DNA of 64,000 bases from Anthoceros angustus (lineage: Eukaryota > Plantae > Anthocerotophyta): contig MU008161.1 of NCBI GenBank assembly GCA_010909165.1, positions 1,426,001-1,490,000 on the forward strand, read 5' to 3'. Positions 47,001-61,075 of the stretch are shown here, piece by piece. The position numbers and the translations under genes are program-made. The notes beneath the pieces are model-generated. The model had not been told where the DNA came from and made no database searches. It saw only the letters and a list, made by a program, of their open reading frames with translations. Every line of letters starts with the position of its first letter. Position 1 is the first letter of the stretch.

Positions 47001-50000
47001 GCGTAGCCTCCAATGGGGCCCAGCGGAGGTCCATGCTTTCGGCAGAGTGCGCCGGTATGTGTCTGCACGAAGTTAGGCACGCCCTCAATGTCGTCCCCTG
47101 CCTCATACTCTGCGCCATTTGTTTGGCGTTCGCCATCAACTGTACCCCTTTTGCCGTCTGCCTCTTTCTCCCTCCCCCTCGAAAATTCCCTCATGGCTGC
47201 CACTCGCCTTTTGGCCCCACCACGACCATGGCTTCGCTTGCGGACCCCGCCTCTCCTCCATTCGCCACCCTCTCCCTCTCCCACCCCATTTGTTCCAGCG
47301 CCTGGCCATGACCCCGCCTCCTCCATTCGCCACCGCCTCCCTCTCCCACCCCATTTGTTCACGACGACACATGCCGCCTTGGGTGACGACACAATTGCCT
47401 CCCACGGAAATTCTCATCCGCCCTCCGATTCCATCCCTCATGTCTTTCACGGCCCTCGTCACTCCCTCGACCCCATCTCCGTCCACAATGTGCATTCGCC
47501 GTCACTGGCGATGGCGGGCACCCTCAACCACGCCCTTTACCGGCTGCCCTCTTGACACACCCTCCTTCCGTGAACCGGCATGGCCTCTGGTGATTCCAAG
47601 TCCCTCCACCTTGCAGCCATGGCAACTTGTGATGTGGGCACACCCGTGGTCGTCACGGTGCCCTCTCCCTACACATCTTCTCACACTCTCGGCATTCACA
47701 CTATCACCAGGCATGGACGTTCCATCACCTTCGGGTGATCGTGGCGTCGTCGGCACCACGATCACATTGCCCGTCATAGCCTCACTCTGGACACTGTTTC
47801 CACCATCTGCACCATCCCACCTTCGTGGCAGACCAAGCCTGCCCCTCCCCTCCGTTTCTCTTTCGTGTTTTGTCTCCCCTCCTCTCTCCCAATGCATTCT
47901 ACTCCCCTCCTCCTACTTATCCCCCCATCCACACCACCACCTCCTGCGGTGCACCGCCTGTCTTCCATCCTTCGTCTAATGCCACGGATCTGGATCCATC
48001 TCCAATTCCATGTCGTTCAACAAAATTCTCATCTCCCTTGTCCTCTGGCCATAGCCCGAACCTCCGGGTGGTTCGGTTATTCCATGTCTTACCCAGTATG
48101 AACTCGGGGAGACCCGCCATCGCGAACCGCCCACAGAGGTTGCATGGAGATCGTCCTCTTTAGTCTCCCAAATTCAGCCTCCTCTTGATTTGGGTACCTC
48201 CCATGCTTCTTCTCAAACCAAGCACCCATCCAAAACGCCCTCCCTTGCCCCAAGGGTTTGGCCCCTCCGTTTTGGCCTCTCTTTGTGCAAGTTCATACTT
48301 GATGGCTCGAACTTCCGTTCGTTGCAGCTCCATCCGAGCCTGTGCAAGGGCATCTTCCCACTCCTCCTCGTCCACCATGCTCGGCTTCTTACCCGCTCCT
48401 CCCCCTCTCCCTCTCCTCTAATGCCGCCTCCACATCGAGTGCGCGTGCGAGTCATTTGCGAGAAGTGTCGGCTTATGCTGGACTTCACCACCAGGTCGGG
48501 GAAGGCTTCCGACACCGATTTCACTAACCGTCCCTTCTCCCCCCTCGGAACGTCGCGCCATCTTGCCATGTTCCCCAGTTCATTCACAACCTTTGTCCTC
48601 ACCAGTTTCAACAGCTCTTCGTGCCTTGCTTCGCTCAGACCCCCGAACAACATCGGATTCCCTTCCCTTCCTGTCCTTTGCTTTTGCATTGCCTCCTTGA
48701 CCATTCGCCATTCCTTTTATCAAGGCATCGTGCATCGTTGTCCACCTCACACCACTCCATCGCATCCGGTTCTGCACACCTCCTCTCCCTTGTCATCACA
48801 CCTCCCCTTGGAACCGCCGCCATTCCTCATCCAGTTCTTGTCGGGCGGTGTGGACCCCGCAGGTTGCCTGCCATCCTCGGTTTCGTTTGCCTTCTCCCAA
48901 CCACCTCCCGTGTTGCCATGGGCTGCCTCCACATGTCCTCTGCATGAGCAGTGCAGCCCGGCAGGTGCCATAGCGTCCCAGCGAAGCGCATCAACGTGTG
49001 TACAAATTGTGAACAAGGCGTTCTTGTCAATCCGTCTCGAAACACCCACCTCATCGATAGCAAAGCATCGTCACCCTGCGTTCAATTCGCGCAATGCTCC
49101 AAGTCCGCGCCGGTGGGATATTCCACGTCTCCATGTCCTCAAATCGCCATTGGTTGGTGCCATGTTCCTTGTCCCTCACAACTCTCCGTGTGTCTATGTA
49201 GGATGCGGTGGCACGGTGGCCGCGCCGGATCGGTGTTAGGTGGGGGGTGGATGGCGAGGTAGCTCGAGGCAGCTTGCCCTCTCATCCTCCCCACCCACCT
49301 ACGGATAGGCGTCGGCGGCGGCGTCGGCGCCGGCAGTGGTGCTCTAGCGGTATCGATGTCGCAAACTCGCTTCCACGCCTTCCATCCATTGCCCGTTCGG
49401 GGCGCCATCTGCGAAGGCATTGGCTTGCCCTTCCGAGATAGTTGCCAAGCCAAGGTCGCCCCGCCAAAATTCAAAGCTCTTCATATGGAAAGCCTTTGTT
49501 TGCAAACTCGTCGGCCGTCATTAATTCTTTGGAAATCGGCGTCCTCACGTGCCCTTTCTCCGCCATAATGACTAGTGTTTTATATTACGACAACTTGTAG
49601 TCCCTTGCCCACAATTGAGTGCGGATCTAGGCGTCATCATTGCATATTGCCGATAATGTCGTGTCGTCATGTGAACACCGCCCAAGACCACGGTATTTAG
49701 TGTCACGTTGGTTCGCTTCCATTGGAGCCACATTACATTCGTTCGCCATCGGAGGTTCGCCCCATCTTCGTAGTGTCACGTTGGTTCTGTCTTCCAATGG
49801 AGCCACATTACATTTCGCTGGTCCGGGAGGTTGCCCATCCTCGGCGTCCATAGGCCACATGCCATGCGCTATATGGCTCGTCCACTCGCTCGTGTCCCTC
49901 CATCCCTCGCCGGCAGGGTACCAGCGATGGCCCATTTATGTTTTCATCCCGTCTCCGGATGCATGCATCACTGCGATGGCCACAAGCGGACCATCTATTG

Positions 50001-53000
50001 AGCGCAGCACACACAAACTTTCTCCGTATTTACAATGTCAAATCCGGTGTCGACTTTCGCATCGATGGCCTTGTCCCTCTGGTGACACTCTTCCATCTAA
50101 CCTTCAACAAAATTGGCTTAAAATCATGCGAACTGCAGCGGAGTATTTGTTCTATGTGCGTAGAGCGCTCCTCTTCAATGTCGCCAGCCGTCGATGATCT
50201 TGCTCACCGCGTCCTTTGTACTCGGCGTTTGTCCGCCTCACGATTTTGCCTTTGTTCCACATGTGGCTATATGCCGCTGCAACGCAGCCCATCCATGATT
50301 GCGGTCACTTTGGGTCATGCAAGGATGCCCATCCCATGCGTTCGAGCCCTTCTTCCATATATCCACGAAAGTCCGTCGACCATCCGTACCGTTTGTCCTA
50401 ACTTCTTCCTCGTACATGTCCAAACGGTGCAGCACCTCTGTGATACAACACATATGTGTGCGCCTGGCGTGCCTCCACGGCATCCATAATGTACGCACGG
50501 CCGACACCCAGCACCTTCTCCCCCATACGTTCATCTGCAGTCCATGCTTCTCCCACGTGAGCATAATAATAGCGGAGAAATGTCATGCCGAAATGCAAAC
50601 TCTCCTCCCGCATGTACCCCACCGCTATACTGGACTCGGGTCTCGCCGTCAGTCCGCTTCTGGATCCTAAATATCTCTCCACGGTACATCCACCTAGTGT
50701 GAAGCCCAGGCCCAGCCACCTCGTCCACTAAGTGTAATATGAGGTGGGTTGATATATCAAACATCTTGGGAAATTGCTTCTCGAGAGAGCACATTACCCT
50801 CACTTGCCTCTTGTGTGCTTGGATGTCCCGACTCGGTATCGTCCGTGGCAAATCCACCTAAAGGCGTCCTAGCTTTACAACCTTGTACACCTCGGCTCTA
50901 TGCACCCCGGGACGATGGGGAATATGATTTCCAACATAATGTGCGTCATGGCATTTCAGCCAACTTTCCCGCTTTCCACCTTAGCTATGTTGGACCCATA
51001 GCACGTGGGCGGATGCGTTTAATGCCCTCAATCACGGTCTTCAAGTCGATTTGGACAAAGCGTCTGGCGCTGGTATTGGCCATCGTCACCTGAGCCACAA
51101 CCATCTTTTCCCCGCTTGCTACCATGTCCATGCGAGCAATGTCATCTCGCTCTCCGTCGGCGTGTGCCATATGGCCTCTGCATTGTTTTTCCACGTGCAT
51201 CACATCCTTTGGCGCCCACACAAGCATGTGACGCCTTGGAGACTACGAACAAGGGCGACATTCTCCTGGTTCCAAAGTTGCCCGCGGGGACGCGGTGTCG
51301 CTTCTCTGCGTGCCATATCCGTCACAATATCATCGAAGCGTTGGCGGCTTTGGTTTGGGTCGGAGGTCCGGATCCATCAAACCAATCCATCCTCCCACCG
51401 TCCATCATTAGGCGGTAGCCAGGCGATCCGACATAAGCGGGCTTTTCAAATCTGGAATAGCGAGAATCAAGGTCCGACCAATACACGCCGCTTCCTCTCA
51501 CTTGCAATCCGGTGAGGTACCCAACCCGGTGTCGGCAATGATGCGAGAACATTGCGTAACTTGAAATGCCTCTTAGGATGGTTTAGCATTGAGAAATCTT
51601 CCATGTCCACCCCTCCATAACTCTCTTGAGTTCATCTACCGGGGTGCCATGTACACATCGAAATTTTAACCATCCCCGCACTGTCGGAGGCATGATGACA
51701 TGCGTCCTTTGTCTTGGCCTGGCATGTTGTGCACAAATACCAAAACCGCCATATGGACGTGTTTGCGACACTGTGGCGGTTGAACCGTCTGGATAATGCT
51801 AACCTCAAGTTCCTCGGCTCATCCGAAACCATCAAGCATCTAGTGCTCTCCATGCCGGGTATCCGCCATCATGGACATGTCCCCATTCTCGCTTTGCCTC
51901 CCGACATACCAAGTCATCAATCGCTATTTCCGCCATTCGAAACATGCGTTTGATCGTTTCAAGGGAAAATGCGGAGGACCTTCCGAGGACTCGGCCGTTC
52001 ATCAAACCCATCCACGAACGCGTCCACACTTTGGGCAATGGTTGCGTCCCGTACTCGCCCACGAGCGAGCATCTTCTCACAAGCATGGATTTTCTCATAT
52101 CGGGGCCAAATAGGTGCAAGGACTTGGCCTCGTACATGTCCTTGAGCTCGTTGATCGGCAAAAATCCACACTTAAGATCTTTAAGAGATTAATGCGGCGT
52201 CAACGATGTCAAACATGGTTTGCCAAGACAACAACAACGAGTGGCGCTTAGCGGCTCTCTTCGCTTTCACCCTTGTTCTGGTATAAAGGCGTCTCGCGGC
52301 CGACAAGCGGTTCTGCGCGGTTCCCTCCGTGCCAAGTGCATGATCGGTTGCTTCCGGCAAGTCGTCCACGAGTGCATATGAGGTACCTCTTCACATCCGT
52401 TCGTCCATGCTCCACATCGGGCGCCACTTTGGTCGCCCCATTGCCTTGTCGCATTTCATACTCCTCGGGCCCGTTTCCGTGTCTGCGGTGGAGAGCGCCT
52501 TCAAGGCCTCCGCCCGTCTGTCAAACTTGGCTCCGTGCGCGGATAAACCTCGGAATGCAAATTAGAGAGCAATGGGCGTGCGGGCACCATGAGCTTACGC
52601 GGCTTGAGCCGTACAGCAAGCATGCAGTCTTGAGATGTGCTGAATCACAGGTCGCCACACGCAGCATGGACAAAACATGTAAACCTCATTTGCAAATCGG
52701 GGCATCTTGCACGTGGTCCCGACCGGTGTCGACCACAAGCGGCAATCGGCGACGCACGGGCAACTATGAATCGCAGACTCGCCGGAATTCATGTCCAATT
52801 CACAACGACCCTCAGCACGCTTGTAGGTGCGAGGCATCACGCCGCGGTAGCGCGTCACCTCCAAATCGAGAACCGGTCCTTCAACATTAGAGCACCTCGG
52901 GCGAGATGACGTCGGCGATGAGCGATGACGGAGAGGAAGTACGGTTGTGGATTCACGCCATGTTCATCCGGGTGAGCGGCCGGGATGGGATGAATCATTG

Positions 53001-55632
53001 CATTGGCGGGATGTCACGGCCGAATAAACACTCCGACATTGAGCGCGCCGTCGGTAGTGGTGAGGTGTGGCGGCTATTGAAAGGGAGGAGATGAGCAGCG
53101 GCGGGCGCAGTTAAGCTCGCTACATGTTGTGAGTCATTGCACTTGCAAACATGTGTTCAGGCTAAAACGGATGCCCTCCTTCACAATTTTACATTCAAAC
53201 CCGGGGGCGGTTGCATTGAAAGGCGGAAGATGCTCGGACGGGCCCATCCTTGCGCCACCTCCTTGATTTGCACGCCGTCCATAGCGAGGATAGTGTTGAG
53301 CTCATGCTCTCAAAGTCTCTATACAACTCCCATGTTGCGTGCGCCATTGCGGTGAAAGGCGGCACCCGTGCGCCACAGTGTTCCATGCCGTCTCTTCGCC
53401 GCCCCAAGTCCATTCTTGAGGTGTGTGTAGCTTGACCATAGTGGCCGGCCGGATGTGAAGCCCCCACAACGGCAGTTTGTTCTATCCAGAAACAATCGAC
53501 TCAAGTTCGCAGAATCCTCCGGATCGTGGCCTGCAAAAGTGTAGCTCCGGTATGCGACTTGCCTCTTCTTCCCATTGGGAAATTGCTGCAGTTGGCGCGC
53601 GCCCGTGGGGAGACGGGCGTCCCAAAGCGAATCCTCCCCCAGCTTCCTCTCCCTTCGGCATGGTCGGTGGGAGTGTTGTGTCTTGCCTTCCCTTCCCTCT
53701 CAACCTCCCTTTCGCCTTCAACTTTCGAGGCTTGAGTCACTTCGTTCCACCTCGATCCATCACGGTTTGGGCGGACACTTGTATAGTTTGTCGGCACTAT
53801 CCGGAGGAACACGCGATGGCAAAGGATCCCAAAGTTTGTGAATCCATATGGCATCCGCGCACGATTGACACGCGTCAAACATAAGTGGCGTGGGTGGCGG
53901 TGACATGTCATACGCTCCACACGGTATGGATGGGCACCAACCCCATCCATCCATTCCGAAGTGGACATGACAGTCATCGACTTTTATTATTGATGAGTAG
54001 TACACGTGGTACAAATGGAGGAATCACATTTCCCAACGCCGCTTTAAGAATGGTGAAGTATACCCCGAATGAGGTATAACTGGCCCCGAACACGGCGATC
54101 ATGAGGCCAAGCAGGGCGACGGCCAAGCCCCTCGTCCTTGATGGCGTGGGGAGAGCAACCTCCGTCCGCCATCGATCGCCAGTGAGCGAACGCAGCCCTC
54201 TTCCTCGATGGCCATCGTCGATTCGCGGCCGTGTGTGCAATATCCACAATCGCAATGTTCAAGCAACATCGAAGGTGAGGAAATGAACGCTTGAGCAACA
54301 TATAAAGAAATCCAAACATCCACGAGGTTCAAAGAAATGATCGCCCACAGTCACGGCTTGCGAAACGAGGTGTGACAACCGATTTGTGACACCTTCCATG
54401 CCACATGAGGTTGGATACCATCGCCACTCGTGACCATTGGCTTCCACATTGCCACCCCAATGGCGGATTCCCAGTTGCATGCACACGACACGCCCACTAA
54501 GATGGGCGAGACGCCCCTCAGCGCGCTTGGGGTCCTTGATGGCCATCGGCGAGGGGCGGGTGTGCACCGGAGATGGAGAGAACAACAAACCAATGGTGGT
54601 TCTCGGTTCCACGCACCTCCAAGCGTGGTTGGTTTCCTACACATGCCCATGGCAATTGCGACGGATGAAGAGAGAGGAGAGGGCAAGGGTTGGGAGTTGC
54701 GCCTCCTCGACTATTCCACAAGGGCGCATCGCTTGGAGGAGCAACGGTCGCCACAACCATGAAGCGGAGGCCCGGGCAAGGTCATTTAAACCGTGCATGC
54801 GAGATGAGGGCGCGTGCAACCAATTGTGCGTCATGGCGAATGGAGGACAGTCGAGGAATCTTTCATGTCGACGTTCTGTAAAAGGCAGGCATGGCGGGCT
54901 TTCCGGCTATCGATTTCCATGAATGACCACTATTGCAAGTTGCAATGAGGATGGCGGTCGGTTAGTGCGGGCATAGAGTGGCGATTCCAATGCCGTGCTC
55001 TCTGCGTGATATGAAAAAGGCCACAAACGTCCGTCTTCCGACGTGAGGGTTGTCGTCATTGCGATTTTCACAATTTCAGCCATGTGTCATCCTCACCGCC
55101 ATGTCTCCTAGTTGATGGTCGGTGAGCACTGGCGGCCTCAACAGACATTATGCTCACGACCGCGATGATGGCGATCAGGATCTTATTTGCGATATCTGTG
55201 GTTGCGCATCTCTCTTGCTGGTCAAAGAGGAGCGAGCTCGACAAGTGCCATGCCGTGTGCGGAAATGATGATCACGGTCTTCCTTACATCACGGGACATG
55301 GCACGCCAAATGCTACCGTCACCATCACTTATTGGCAATGGCGCACGGTGTGGACATTAGCGGTATCTTCACTTTGATGAAGGCAACCAAGTCAAGTGGG
55401 TTTCAAGTAGGATACATCATAGGGTTCGACCTACCACTTGTCCTTTTGTCATGGCATATTGTATGCGGGCCATGTACTTGCAAGGATCATAATAGCAGAT
55501 GGGCGATGTTTATTGCCATTGTGGTTATAATGTCCCCGCAAAGGAAAGGCGGAAAAGAATGGTGGCTGTGGATGATCTCGCCACTCTTTCCCTCCTCCCC
55601 GTCACCACAAGGTTGACGAGTGAAATAACTAC

Positions 55633-56165
55633 TTGGACCATGGTCATTCGATTGCATTAAACAATGGTCCTTGGTCATTAGTATTCCATGCCACATGCAT
55701 TAACCATCCTTGGACCATGGTCATTTCGATTGCATTGCGAACAATGGTCCTTGGTATTGAAAAGTATTCAACAATGACACATATGCATTAACCATCCTTG
55801 GACCATGGTCATTTTGGATTGCATTGCGAACAATGGTCCTTGGATCGAAAAGATGCTCAACAACATTGAACACATATGCATTAATCCTTGGACCATGGTC
55901 ATTCGATTGCATTGAACAATGGTCCTTGGATCTCGAAAAGTACTCAAAAGCTCGATCACATATGCATTAACGTCCTTGGACCATGGTCATTCGATTGCAT
56001 TGCGAACAATGGTCCTTGGATCTCGAATAAGTAGTCAACTGTTCCACCACATGTCAGTAACCATCCTTGGAACATGGTCATTAATTGCATTGCGAACAAT
56101 GCTCCTTGGATCTCGAATAAGTAGTCAACACTTTACATATGCGTAACCATCCTTGGACCATGGTC
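55633..56165. repeat. Tandem array of ~60-90-bp units (CCTTGGACCATGGTCATTCGATTGCATTGCGAACAATGGTCCTTGG) inside the CACTA element
   Basis: About 7 visible copies, each containing the GACCATGGTC palindrome or a variant. Confidence 0.9.
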
Positions 56166-59100
56166 TTTTCAACTCACAAACCAACAACATCCATGGCCCA
56201 TGGGCATCCGCTTTAAGTTGCCAAATTCGTCCTTGGGTCACGAATTATCGTGCATGCCGCCTATATATGCAGTATGGGGACATGCCAACGAACAAAAGGC
56301 AGGTGTGTGGGAAAAAGCATAATGAGGTGCGAGCCATGGCCGACACACAGACACCATTCACCCATGGGCATCCAAAGCATCGCCAAATTGTCCTTGGTCA
56401 CGAGGCGTTCAAATCTGCCGGGCTATATATGTGAAGCAGGGGACATGGCACTTGAGCAGGTAGGTGGTGTGCGCCGGCAAGAGGCCATCAGCGTCTTTGG
56501 AGCCAGTGTACGCATTATGGCTCGACACTTGACATGAAGGTAAAACCACCGATTCGGACGTGATGTTCGTCCGGTATGGCATGTTGAGCCGGGCCATGGC
56601 GCATGAATGACCATACAACATCCTTGGCACATGGGCATCCGAGCTTGTTACCAATTTCGTCCTTGGGTCACGCAGTATTGTACTTGCGGGCTATATATGT
56701 GAAGCATGGGGACATGGAGCTTCGTTCAAAGAGGTGACGGTGTCCACGCCAAAAAACGGCATGGGGGCATGCCATGGCGGACACATGGGTAGGGCGGATG
56801 GAGTGCGTCGCGGAAACATGGCATCTTGTGGCAAGGAGCCAGTGGCATGTCCTTTCGCCCCTCCCTCCCTCCGTCACCACAAGGTTACCACCTTCGGAAA
56901 ACCCATATCGTCACTTTTGCACTCGCTCGCGGTTAGTCATCTAGCGTCGCGATTGGCGTGGTTCGCTATGGTTTGGGACGTGGACTTCAAGATTTGGCCG
57001 AGGCGTTCGTTAAGCCTACAACCCGCTATAACCCGTGACTTGGATGGCGATCTGTGAAAGTGGTTGTGACGCGGAAAGCGGAGGACGGAGGCCGCCCTGC
57101 TTTGCGCCCGGAGAGGCGGTGAAGGTTTGGAAAATGGAAGGGCGCGGCGGCGGCCGTTTGCATGGTCAAGTGGAATTGCGGCCTCGGACGGGTGCCAAAG
57201 CGGAGGAACCGAGGCAAGCGATGTGGGCGTCGCCGCCTCTGGGCGGGAGTGGATGCGGGAGGGTCCCGTGGAGCCGAATGGAGGCATGGAGGGGCTTGAG
57301 GGGAGGGAGTTGCACGGTGTGGAAGGTGTTGAGGAGGCGGCAACAAATCCTCCTCATTCCACGTCTGTCTCCAAGAGGTGGGCTAGCGGTGGAGCTTGTG
57401 GGTGCAGGGGACGACCCGCCGCAGGACTTTGAAAGGGCCCTCCACGCTGAAGAGTACGAAATTGCCCAGGTGCGAGCAGCGCGGTGGCATGTGGAGGACG
57501 GAGGTCTTCGAGGGCGCACCTCGGATGGCGGGAGGAGAATCGGGCTCTTCTAGAAGAGCTTATTTTTGGTGACCATGGAGACTCAAGGGCGGGCGGAGGT
57601 CTTTTCAAGGGCGCAAAGTGCGGCCTTTGGAGTTGATATTGCTTGAGCGGAGGAAGAGGAGGAGGCCACACACGCATGGGTCGAGAGGCCTGGTGAGGAC
57701 ACCACGGCACGAGGATGGTGGCGGGAGGAGGCGGGAGTGGAAAATGGCTGGTGAAGAGGTGGAGGAGGACCCGACAACATTGCCGGGAGATAGGGGAGGC
57801 AGAAAAGTTGGCGGTAAGCCACTTGGACATCATTGCCGTGTTGTGCACGCATGGTCGTGGGGGTTTACATGGTGAGCCTGTGTGATGGAGGGTGGGTGGA
57901 GAATGAAGATGAGGAGGAAGAGCCCATCGACGAGGAGGGGAGTCGGAAGGCCTTCCGGTAGCGTGTTGGAGCTAGTGTGCGAAGATGCAGTTGATGGTAC
58001 CATGGTCCACCACGAGACTTTGAGGGATGATTGGTGAGGAAGGTATGAGTTCCCTAGTGTAGATCGCGAGGATATCGTGTCCGGGTTTGCGGGGCTTGGA
58101 CAAGAAACCACAACGTTGGCAAGAAGGTGCGACAGTGCGGTTATTTGGAGGAGAAGGGAAAGATGCGAAATGGCTGCACCCTCCGACGTCGGCACAAGGC
58201 GTGGAGGCAGTGGAGCAAGCGGTGGTAACGTTGCACAAGCACGGTGGTGTGTGGCCAACCCCACAACAAGCGGCCCATTTCGACTTGCAAAAGCATGGGA
58301 CCAATCCATTTGGTCCCATGGGAGCAAAAAAGTTCGAGAGAGAAGGTATGTTCAGCGGTGGGGAAGGAGCGCAGCATACAAGAGTTGAAATGGGCTGCGA
58401 AACATGGATTGGAGAGCATGCGGGACTAGTGGTATGGCGATAGATCGGGGCCTTGGTTGAATAGCTATGTGGTCAAAAAGTGCGCATGTAGGACATGAAG
58501 GCGTGAGCGATGGCGATGTGTGTGCATGGCTGCAGTCGGAAGGAGAAGGAATAATGTGCGGTGAAGGGCACGAAAGATGGAAGGAACCATAGCATGTCCC
58601 GAAGGGAAGGGAAGGTGGAGCAGGAGGGCATCACACTCGTGATGTCGGAGGCGTGGGGATGGTGTGGAAGGTGGAGGCGTGAGTGTGTTGCCACCCACAA
58701 GGCGAATCACAAGATCTCTCCAAAAGTGTGAGTTTGGTGGCAATGGCGGCGGATGAATTGAATGCGATCATTTTGCCTAATGTAACTTCTTGCACGGTGA
58801 ATATGCAGCCTATGGGGCCGAGTGCAAGGCACAGCGTGGAGGTTAGTGGCTCGAATGCCGCTCAAAGGGTCGACATGGCGGGAGAAAGCAGGCGGGAGGT
58901 GCTAGGCCAAAAGGTCGAGCAAAACGCTATTGAAGATGCGAGTCGAGACTCGGATGGCCGAGCTGTAGTCTTGCCGCCATGGTATGTGCAAGTCCATGTC
59001 GGCAATAAGCGGATTGATTTGTCTTGTGGGACTCGTGGATTTTGATGCGGTTCCTTTCTTGCGTTGTGCAGCGGGGAGCAAGCGGCAAATGAAACACGCA

Positions 59101-59548
59101 CGGCAAGCGCATCGAGGACATTCACAAAGCCGCCATCGCGTAGCGTGGGGGTGGAGGGTGAGGGCGATGTGACGGCACACGCTTGATTGGTAGTGCGTCG
59201 AGGCGGGTGCGGTCGATCCGCGAGCAGATGAAGGAGATCGGCCTCATAGCACACACACGTGGGCGGGCATTCCATAGTTACGTGTAGCGTTTACATTGTC
59301 CTTCGATATGTTTTTGCAGTTGTGGAATGAACCCGAAAACTATGGCATATGTCTTTCAAGCGCACATGTTCGTATTTGAGCGGAAGTCTAGATAGGGAAA
59401 ACGCACAAATGGGGCGTTTGAAGAAAGCATGCATGTGTCGCATTTGGTGGTAAATGTGATGAGGTATTTATTAATCTATGGTGTATACTTATAACTATGG
59501 CATGGTTAGATATCTATGAATTTGTACCTATACATAAAGAATGTATTC

Positions 59549-59570
59549 AATATATATATATATATATATA
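59549..59570. repeat. (TA)n microsatellite
   Basis: TATATATATATATATATATA run. Confidence 0.9.
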
Positions 59571-60741
59571 TCATATTGATCATGTATGTAGGATTATACA
59601 GAACATAACATATAAATATATATAAATGGACATATAAATAATGTAGAATCCTACCATAATTAGTATAAGGGTTTGTTGTATATGGGGCTTGAAAAGAAAC
59701 CAGTGTGGACATAGGGTGCATTGAAGAGGGAAGATGGAAAGAGAATGATACCTACGAGGAGATAGAGTTCTTGGTAATTGCTATGTAGGAAAAGCAAGAG
59801 GAAGAATAAAATCTGGTGGGAGAGGGAGCTCATTGTCACAATCATAACAACACAAGAGGGAAACAATAAAGAAATGGGTGTCATCTGGAGCATTAACTAG
59901 GAGTGTGAGGTGAAAGGAGAGAGAGCATGTTGTTAAGATGGTAAGAGAAAGTGGAAAACAAAATCACAAACTTAACACCAAACCAACAAACTTGATGACA
60001 AGCTCTTAATGGCGAGGTGTAAGGTCAGAGACCACTTGCATGTTGTTAAGATGGTGAGAGAAGGTGGAGGAAAATCACAAACTTAACACCAAGCCACCTA
60101 ACTTTTGGGTGTACCACATGGAAAGTGTTACATGAAATTGTAACAAAGGACTATAACATAAGCAAGTTTTCATTGTATATGTTTGAAATCATAAACAATG
60201 CTAGCGAGAGGGATGTTGTACTTAGGAGGGTGAGGTGATGAGAGAGAGCCGGTTCATGTTAAGATGGTGTGACATGAGAAGAATAGTGTCAATCTTAATA
60301 CCAAGCCTAAATAGCATGTTGCAATTTGGAAGTGTTACATGAAATTGCAATAACGACTGTAACATAGGCTGCCTTTTCTAGTAGGGATACTAGCAACTAA
60401 TCCTTCATGTGGGCCCATTGGGTGGGGGTGAGGTCTGGGTTGACAAAAACCTCCAAGCCTTTCAAAGAAGTACATTGCCGCAACACCTACAACCTGTCCT
60501 CAAGGGAGTGGAACCAAACAATGAAAGTCAGGAGGACAAGAGTGGTCCTTACCAACTCTCCAAGCATGTTCAAAATGGACATTGACCTTAATGGTGTGCG
60601 CCAGAAAATTCCTATCTGCAGCCTCAAGCGTGTCACCATAAATACGTGTAATACGGAGATTCCTTGCTCGCTTATCACGGTCACGCGACTCTTGAATAGT
60701 TGCATTGACAATAGCAGGGGAACTAATTGTAGCATATGTCC

Positions 60742-60780
60742 AACCCTAAACCATAAACCCTAAACCCAACCCCCTAAACC
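60742..60780 (+). repeat. Degenerate telomeric (CCCTAAA)n run at the presumed LINE 5' junction
   Basis: AACCCTAAACCATAAACCCTAAACCCAACCCCCTAAACC. Confidence 0.7.
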
Positions 60781-61075
60781 ATTGGTCTTTAGTTGAACTT
60801 GAAGGTTTAGATATTCTATTAGTATTTATATTTTGTTCAACTCTTTACATAATCTAAACCATATCCCACAAAGAAATATTTTTGTCGAACTCCATGATTT
60901 TCTTAGAGAATCTCCTACTTCTTTAAACAAGGCCATTGACTTGGAAGAAGGAGAAAGTATATAACACCCTTAGGATGAAGACATTACACATTACACGTCG
61001 GGTCTTTTATAAAATAGTATTCTATAGTTTTGGGTTAAGTTACAATTGAAGTTTATAAAAAAAATTAAATTATTA

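Larger units (their letters stand above)
45877..60386 (-). mobile_element. CACTA/En-Spm-type DNA transposon, 14.5 kb, with CCCTA termini and frameshifted Tnp2 transposase
   Basis: Perfect 29-bp TIRs CCCTACTAGAAAAGGCAGCCTATGTTACA; 3-bp TSD ATA (45874-45876, 60387-60389); subterminal TGTAACA/TGCAAC repeats. Tnp2 motifs EPRNLRLAL, DVMHVEK and LEKQFPKMFDISTHLILHLVDEV..GP.HTRWMY..ERYL at ~50600-52000. Confidence 0.92.
44090..60775 (-). mobile_element. APE-type LINE (ORF1 remnant, endonuclease, partial RT) split by the CACTA insertion
   Basis: GIVFLVETH, IGDFNART and SRLDYII (APE, ~45700-45050); NYRFISVESIYAKIY (RT start). ORF1 reads VFVNPDLTPTQ (~60420) and continues ERRVAYFIDDKL (~45850) across the CACTA element. 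Confidence 0.75.

Noticed and set aside
46328-49239. Long plus-strand ORFs (46328-47311, 47119-47979, 48190-49239)
   Set aside because: Pro/Ser/Leu-rich antisense shadows of purine-rich minus-strand sequence inside the CACTA element; no recognisable domain.
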